Assembly (NCBI GenBank): GCA_018985225.1
Contig: JADGIF010000279.1
Span: forward strand, 1 to 11,904
DNA from: Amoeboradix gromovi X-113
Lineage: Eukaryota; Fungi; Sanchytriomycota
Reading direction: 5' to 3'
Length of the DNA: 11,904 nucleotides
The translations under genes were made by a program, and so were the position numbers. The stretch's first letter is position 1, and each line of letters begins with the position of its first letter. Shown piece after piece: positions 8,068 to 11,904 of this stretch. The notes below the pieces were generated by a model that worked only from the letters and a program-made list of their open reading frames with translations, did not search any database and was not told the DNA's origin.

Positions 8068-8749
8068 ATGCTTCAATTTGCGTGTCGTTATAGTCAAATA
8101 CTAAAAAAGAAGTCAGTAGAGGAAGCAGTAAGCAGCATATTGTACAATGTCCCCAAAGCAACACATCCCAAATCGCCTCATGTACTTGCCTGTCTTGTAC
8201 AAAATGAACCAGGTGTGTTGAGCAGAATTTCTGGTATTTTGGCAGCAAGAGGTTTTAACATAGACAGCTTGGTGGTGTCGGCTACCGAAGTAACAGATCT
8301 TAGCCGAATGACCATTGCGCTACGAGGCGCAGATAAAACTATAGGTAACATATGTTGATGTAGACCAAGCAAAGAAACAGCTTGAAGATTTAGTACCCGT
8401 GTGGGCAGTAATTGATTATACCAAGTCACGCAGAATAGATCGCGAGCTCTGCTTAGTCAAGTTATGCGTCTTGAGCGAAAATGGTGAAGATCAGTTGTCA
8501 AAAATTAAAACAATTTCGGATTTATTTGAAGCACATGTAGTTGATGTTACGTTGGATAGTGTAACAATTGAATTCTCGGCAAAACCTACTAGAATCGATG
8601 CGTTTTTAAGTGTTGTTAGGGAATTTGGAGTTGTTGAAATGTCTCGATCAGGTATGATGACGATGACCAGAGGGACATTAGATCTGCCAGATAATGACGC
8701 ATCAGACACAAAAGAAGATGTCGATATGACCCAGCTACCTCCAGGATAA
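8068..8749 (+). CDS. ILV6: Acetolactate synthase small (regulatory) subunit, join(8068..8344,8364..8749), 220 aa
   Basis: ACT domain HVLACLVQNEPGVLSRISGILAARGFNIDSLVV. Splicing restores ADKTIDQAKKQLEDLVPVWAVIDYT. RELCLVK, AKPTRIDAFL, EMSRSGM and the fungal-type C-terminus TQLPPG are present. This joins ORF-track ORFs 8068..8358 and 8399..8749. Confidence 0.95.
8345..8363 (+). other. 19-nt GT-AG spliceosomal intron (phase 1) in ILV6: GTAACATATGTTGATGTAG
   Basis: Removal gives ATA G|AC CAA GCA AAG AAA CAG CTT GAA GAT TTA GTA CCC GTG TGG (IDQAKKQLEDLVPVW), the conserved Ilv6 segment, with no gap. Confidence 0.9.
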
Positions 8750-9451
8750 CTAGTAAATTAATAGCTTGTTATGAAATCACTAAAAGTCTTGGTTACCTGG
8801 AATATCGAGAATATAAACTGAGAAACTGACAGAATTAATCGTTCCAATGCAGCGGTTGATCATGCTTCCATTATTCATAGACGGATTAGAATAAGAACCC
8901 AAATATTTCAATCATACATTCTTTGCTGAAACGTGGTCTCTATGCTTGTATGCGTCTACTTCCTATGCATTTAATATTCATAGTGCCAAAGAAGTTGTTG
9001 GATAAATCATTGATTCGTCGTTCAATAACTCTTTTATATATTGGGCAAGTTTTTCGCATATAAAATAATCTCTTTAAGTTGATATGGAATATCAATTGAT
9101 TTGCCAACGTGTTATAAACTATGGAAACCATTTTCCTGGTGCTGAGACATATCGATTAGGCTTGAGGAATAGTGTTGTCTGCATCTACTAGTGATCCCTT
9201 AGAGTTGAAATACTTAGGATGATACCATCTTAAGCTGTTTGTAGTCGATGAAAACAAAGAATCTCACATTTTTGTGCAGTTAGAAAAGTCTAGAAAGAGA
9301 CTTTGTTGAAGAGATGTAGCTAACGTAATCATAATAAATGATTAATTCAATTAAAGTTGGGAGTTGCAGACCTCTGGATAAATATTATCGGTAGTTCTTT
9401 CTATCTTCATCTAGTCTCTAACTCTAAACTGCCAGTTTACTTTTACTTTCG

Positions 9452-10349
9452 ATGTGCACGATTAGGCCAATGGATTTTTACTCGCTATTGCACTTGCCAA
9501 GAAATGCAACAAATTTAAATATATTGGACAACTATAGAAAGCATATAATATATTCCAGTGAGAAAGAACTCTTGTCAGAAGCATTTGAAGTACTTACCAG
9601 TTCTTTTCGACAAATTTATGATTCCTTTGGATATGGTATATTGCATAATGGACTGCCTGAAATGGGAGAGTTTAAAGGATTTCCACCTTATAAATATCAT
9701 GGAGATTGGGCAGAAACTGTTAAATTAGCGTTCGACACTGATTTGGAATTTCTAAAAAGCACTCAAATGATAGAGAGTGTGGCGCCCTTAAAAGTAGTAA
9801 TTAAGAAGCTTCCTGATAAGAAACTCTTTCTAGATGTGACTATGGAAGAAATCTATTTCGGTTGCCAGAAACTAATTAAATTGGAGAACAGTATTTTTGA
9901 GAACGGAGCGATTGTTACTAAAACCAAAGAACTGTTAGTTGATATTCCTTGTGGTGCACTACCGGGATATGTTGTGACTTTTAGAGAGTATGGTGATGTT
10001 TTGCCTCATTCAATTGCAAGTAATTCAAAATAACCTAGATGATGTGGTTGTAACTTTAAATATCGTTGGAAGTACTCAATATACTAGGCAAGGCTTAAAC
10101 CTCAGAACAACTGTTCCTGTTTCATTGAAGACACGGCTCTGTGGTGGAACTGTTGTGGTACCATTGATTAATGGCAACACTGAAACAATATATGTAATAG
10201 GTGAAGAGCAAATGATAAAAAAAGCCGGTTTAACTAGTGCTGGTGTTTATGGTGACTTGATTGTTTCATTTTCTGTGACATATCCGGTGTTAAACCCAGC
10301 CACGAAATTGAAAATTGCCTCGCTGCTTGACAAAAATAAATCAATTTAA
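9452..10349 (+). CDS. Divergent type II HSP40, DNAJB13/RSP16-like, join(9452..10019,10039..10349), 292 aa (286 aa if the ATG at 9470 is used)
   Basis: J-domain remnants DFYSLL, EAFEVL, RQIYDSFG. The post-J segment GLPE...PYKYHG resembles DNAJB13. C-terminal DnaJ domains: LDVTMEEIYFGCQK, LLVDIPCG...VTFREYGD...ANDVVVTL, YTRQGLNL, VSLKTRLCG, GDLIVSFSVTYP. No HPD motif. Confidence 0.85.
10020..10038 (+). other. 19-nt GT-AG spliceosomal intron (phase 1) in the DnaJ gene: GTAATTCAAAATAACCTAG
   Basis: Removal gives ATT GCA A|AT GAT GTG GTT GTA (GDVLPHSIANDVVVTL), matching the DnaJ GDxxPxxxPxDxxF/V motif and joining ORFs 9452..10033 and 9990..10349. Confidence 0.88.
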
Positions 10350-10368
10350 AATTCAATTTTTACTTAAC

Positions 10369-10980
10369 TCATCTGTTAGCTGGGTGCGCAAGTAGCATTA
10401 CGTCCCTGTAACCTTCCCCAGGTTTTTCTACAGTAATTGGTGTTACCCGATGTTCCATTTCTTCATCAGCAAAAATGGCGAGCTTCCCAGGTTCAAGCAC
10501 CTGTGAAAAGAAAACTTTTTTGCTCTTATCTCTAAATTCGCTAACTCCCCCTTTAATGTTTCCTCTAGAAACACTGAACAATCCAATGGCCTTGACACCA
10601 TCTCGATGCCAGTCCTCAACACTAGGTAGTCCCACTAGATCTTTAGAGCACGTGACTCGTTGCGCTTGCACCAAGATTTCATCACCAACTTTGGCTCCAG
10701 AGCTTTGGACAAACTCCTTGATAACTTTCATTGCCTCTTTGTTCGGAGAGTATTCTGGGTACTCTCTTGTTAAGTTGCCATGTGTTGGATTGAACTTGGA
10801 GGACTGGAATAATGGTCCGTGTGGCGCTTTTACTAGCCCATCATTTGTCAGTCGAAATCGTACAATATGTTTCCATCTGTAGCCTTCCTTAATGTATGGG
10901 TCCTGTTTTAGTTTAAGGAAATCGTTTTGCAACCCTTTTAAGTTGACTTTCAAGTTTAAGACTCTCAGGTTCTTTGACAT
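10369..10980 (-). CDS. 2-oxoglutarate/Fe(II) dioxygenase of the 2OG-Fe_Oxy_2 (PF10014, BsmA-like) type, 203 aa
   Basis: DPY...YR...RF, FQSSKFNPTHG..R.Y, QRV...GLPSVEDWHRDG (HxD), R.NIKGG, EHRVTPI (distal His) and YRDV (2OG-binding Arg). Confidence 0.85.
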   Translation of the reverse strand: MSKNLRVLNLKVNLKGLQNDFLKLKQDPYIKEGYRWKHIVRFRLTNDGLVKAPHGPLFQSSKFNPTHGNLTREYPEYSPNKEAMKVIKEFVQSSGAKVGDEILVQAQRVTCSKDLVGLPSVEDWHRDGVKAIGLFSVSRGNIKGGVSEFRDKSKKVFFSQVLEPGKLAIFADEEMEHRVTPITVEKPGEGYRDVMLLAHPANR

Positions 10981-11222
10981 TCAGTGATCACTACTAGAGG
11001 AATCGTAATCAATAAATACCAACCAATAGATTACATGGCTAACATGTGATCCACCCTGACGCAATCATTATGTCAAAACATGGTCACCATGGACTCTCGG
11101 TACACTCTAAAATTGAGCCGTCTGTACGGTTTATTAGGGATTAACAAAGCTCATTTACCAAGTAGTTCTTCGAATCTAACTTTGAAAGTACAAAATATTA
11201 ATGGTGCAAGACAATAGTTTTA

Positions 11223-11567
11223 TTAAAACGCTACCAAAATTGACAATGCTACAATTGTCGCACCGGTGCTAACCATACTTAAAGAACCATTCTTCTCTGA
11301 TTTATCCGCTTCAGCATCAGGATTGGCGGTGTCATCTTTATTGAGCTTTTCTTTTATCGCAGCAACTGTTGTATTACTGATAGTTGAGTTCTGCATATCA
11401 GAGTAAATCATGGCTGTCAAAGTAGGATCTTGGGCAATAGTCTGGAAATCTTCCTGGCTTAACCCAGAAAGTTGAGGATTCTGTTTGATTGCCGCGCTAA
11501 CGTCCTGGTTAGTTACACCTTGTGGAATACTGTTAGTTTGAGCAAAAAGTATCGCAAAGTTCAACAT
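11223..11567 (-). CDS. Small secreted, probably GPI-anchored protein of unknown function, 114 aa
   Basis: Short hydrophobic N-terminus (MLNFAILFA), N-glycosylation sequons NST and NTT, and a small-residue omega region NGS followed by the terminal hydrophobic tail ATIVALSILVAF-stop. AATAAA overlaps the stop. Confidence 0.7.
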   Translation of the reverse strand: MLNFAILFAQTNSIPQGVTNQDVSAAIKQNPQLSGLSQEDFQTIAQDPTLTAMIYSDMQNSTISNTTVAAIKEKLNKDDTANPDAEADKSEKNGSLSMVSTGATIVALSILVAF

Positions 11568-11904
11568 GAGTTAGGTGGAGTCATTTTCATTTCAAGTGTT
11601 TGAACGGAGCATCTTATTGGTCGAAATTTTACTTGAAAATCTAAATACTTTCTCATATTTTGCTCAGTTTCTTGCTCAGTTCAATAAATTAATTCAACTT
11701 AGGAAATCATTTGGGACACCAAATATAAAAACTAGACTAACTCGTTTTTAAAGGAGGTGCTCCATACGGAGGAAATCATTAATAAAAGATCTTTTTCTGT
11801 TATACCAAGATTCTCTCATTGATTGTATTCCTCTTTTTAAAATAAAACTAGAAGACCCTACATCTCTTTCAAATATATGAGGTCTTTGAGCATCCAAGCA
11901 AAAG

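Noticed and set aside
8068-10349. ILV6 and DnaJ as frameshifted pseudogenes, split genes or programmed frameshifts
   Set aside because: Exact GT-AG 19-nt excisions restore frame and conserved motifs in both, with a shared architecture.
7756-10882. ORFs 7756..7965, 8024..8248, 8178..8429, 8491..8709 and 10475..10882
   Set aside because: Alternate-frame or antisense shadows of the CBM48, ILV6 and dioxygenase genes.
2665-10980. Secondary-metabolite cluster with self-resistance copies (ILV3, ILV6, HSP90 plus a dioxygenase)
   Set aside because: No core synthase (PKS, NRPS, terpene cyclase) or transporter in the window, and the genes look like ordinary housekeeping copies. It would need a second genomic copy and a nearby synthase.
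1-11904. Non-standard genetic code (stop reassignment)
   Set aside because: TAA follows MEEVD and TQLPPG, TAG follows the conserved Ilv3 end, TGA ends two genes, and intact genes have no internal stops after splicing.

Overview
AT-rich, very compact eukaryotic genomic window in the standard code. TAA, TAG and TGA all end genes. A fungal-type ILV6 and a DNAJB13-like gene suggest an early-diverging, probably zoosporic fungus or relative (inference). There are eight protein genes: an MLKL-like pseudokinase with a C-terminal TM helix, ILV3, cytosolic HSP90 with heat-shock elements, a tail-anchored CBM48 protein, ILV6, a divergent DNAJB13-like HSP40, a bacterial-type 2OG-Fe(II) dioxygenase and a small GPI-anchor-like protein. 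Two signals are invisible in the ORF track. (1) ILV6 and the DnaJ gene are each split by a GT-AG intron of only 19 nt, both with the layout GTAA-N7-TRAY-N-TAG. (2) The first ~650 bp hold, on the minus strand, a decayed Fanzor/TnpB-like RNA-guided nuclease remnant with two tandem Zn-finger + RuvC-III modules. It is followed by a ~150-nt multi-stem segment at the position expected for an omegaRNA scaffold. All alignments and foldings were done by eye.
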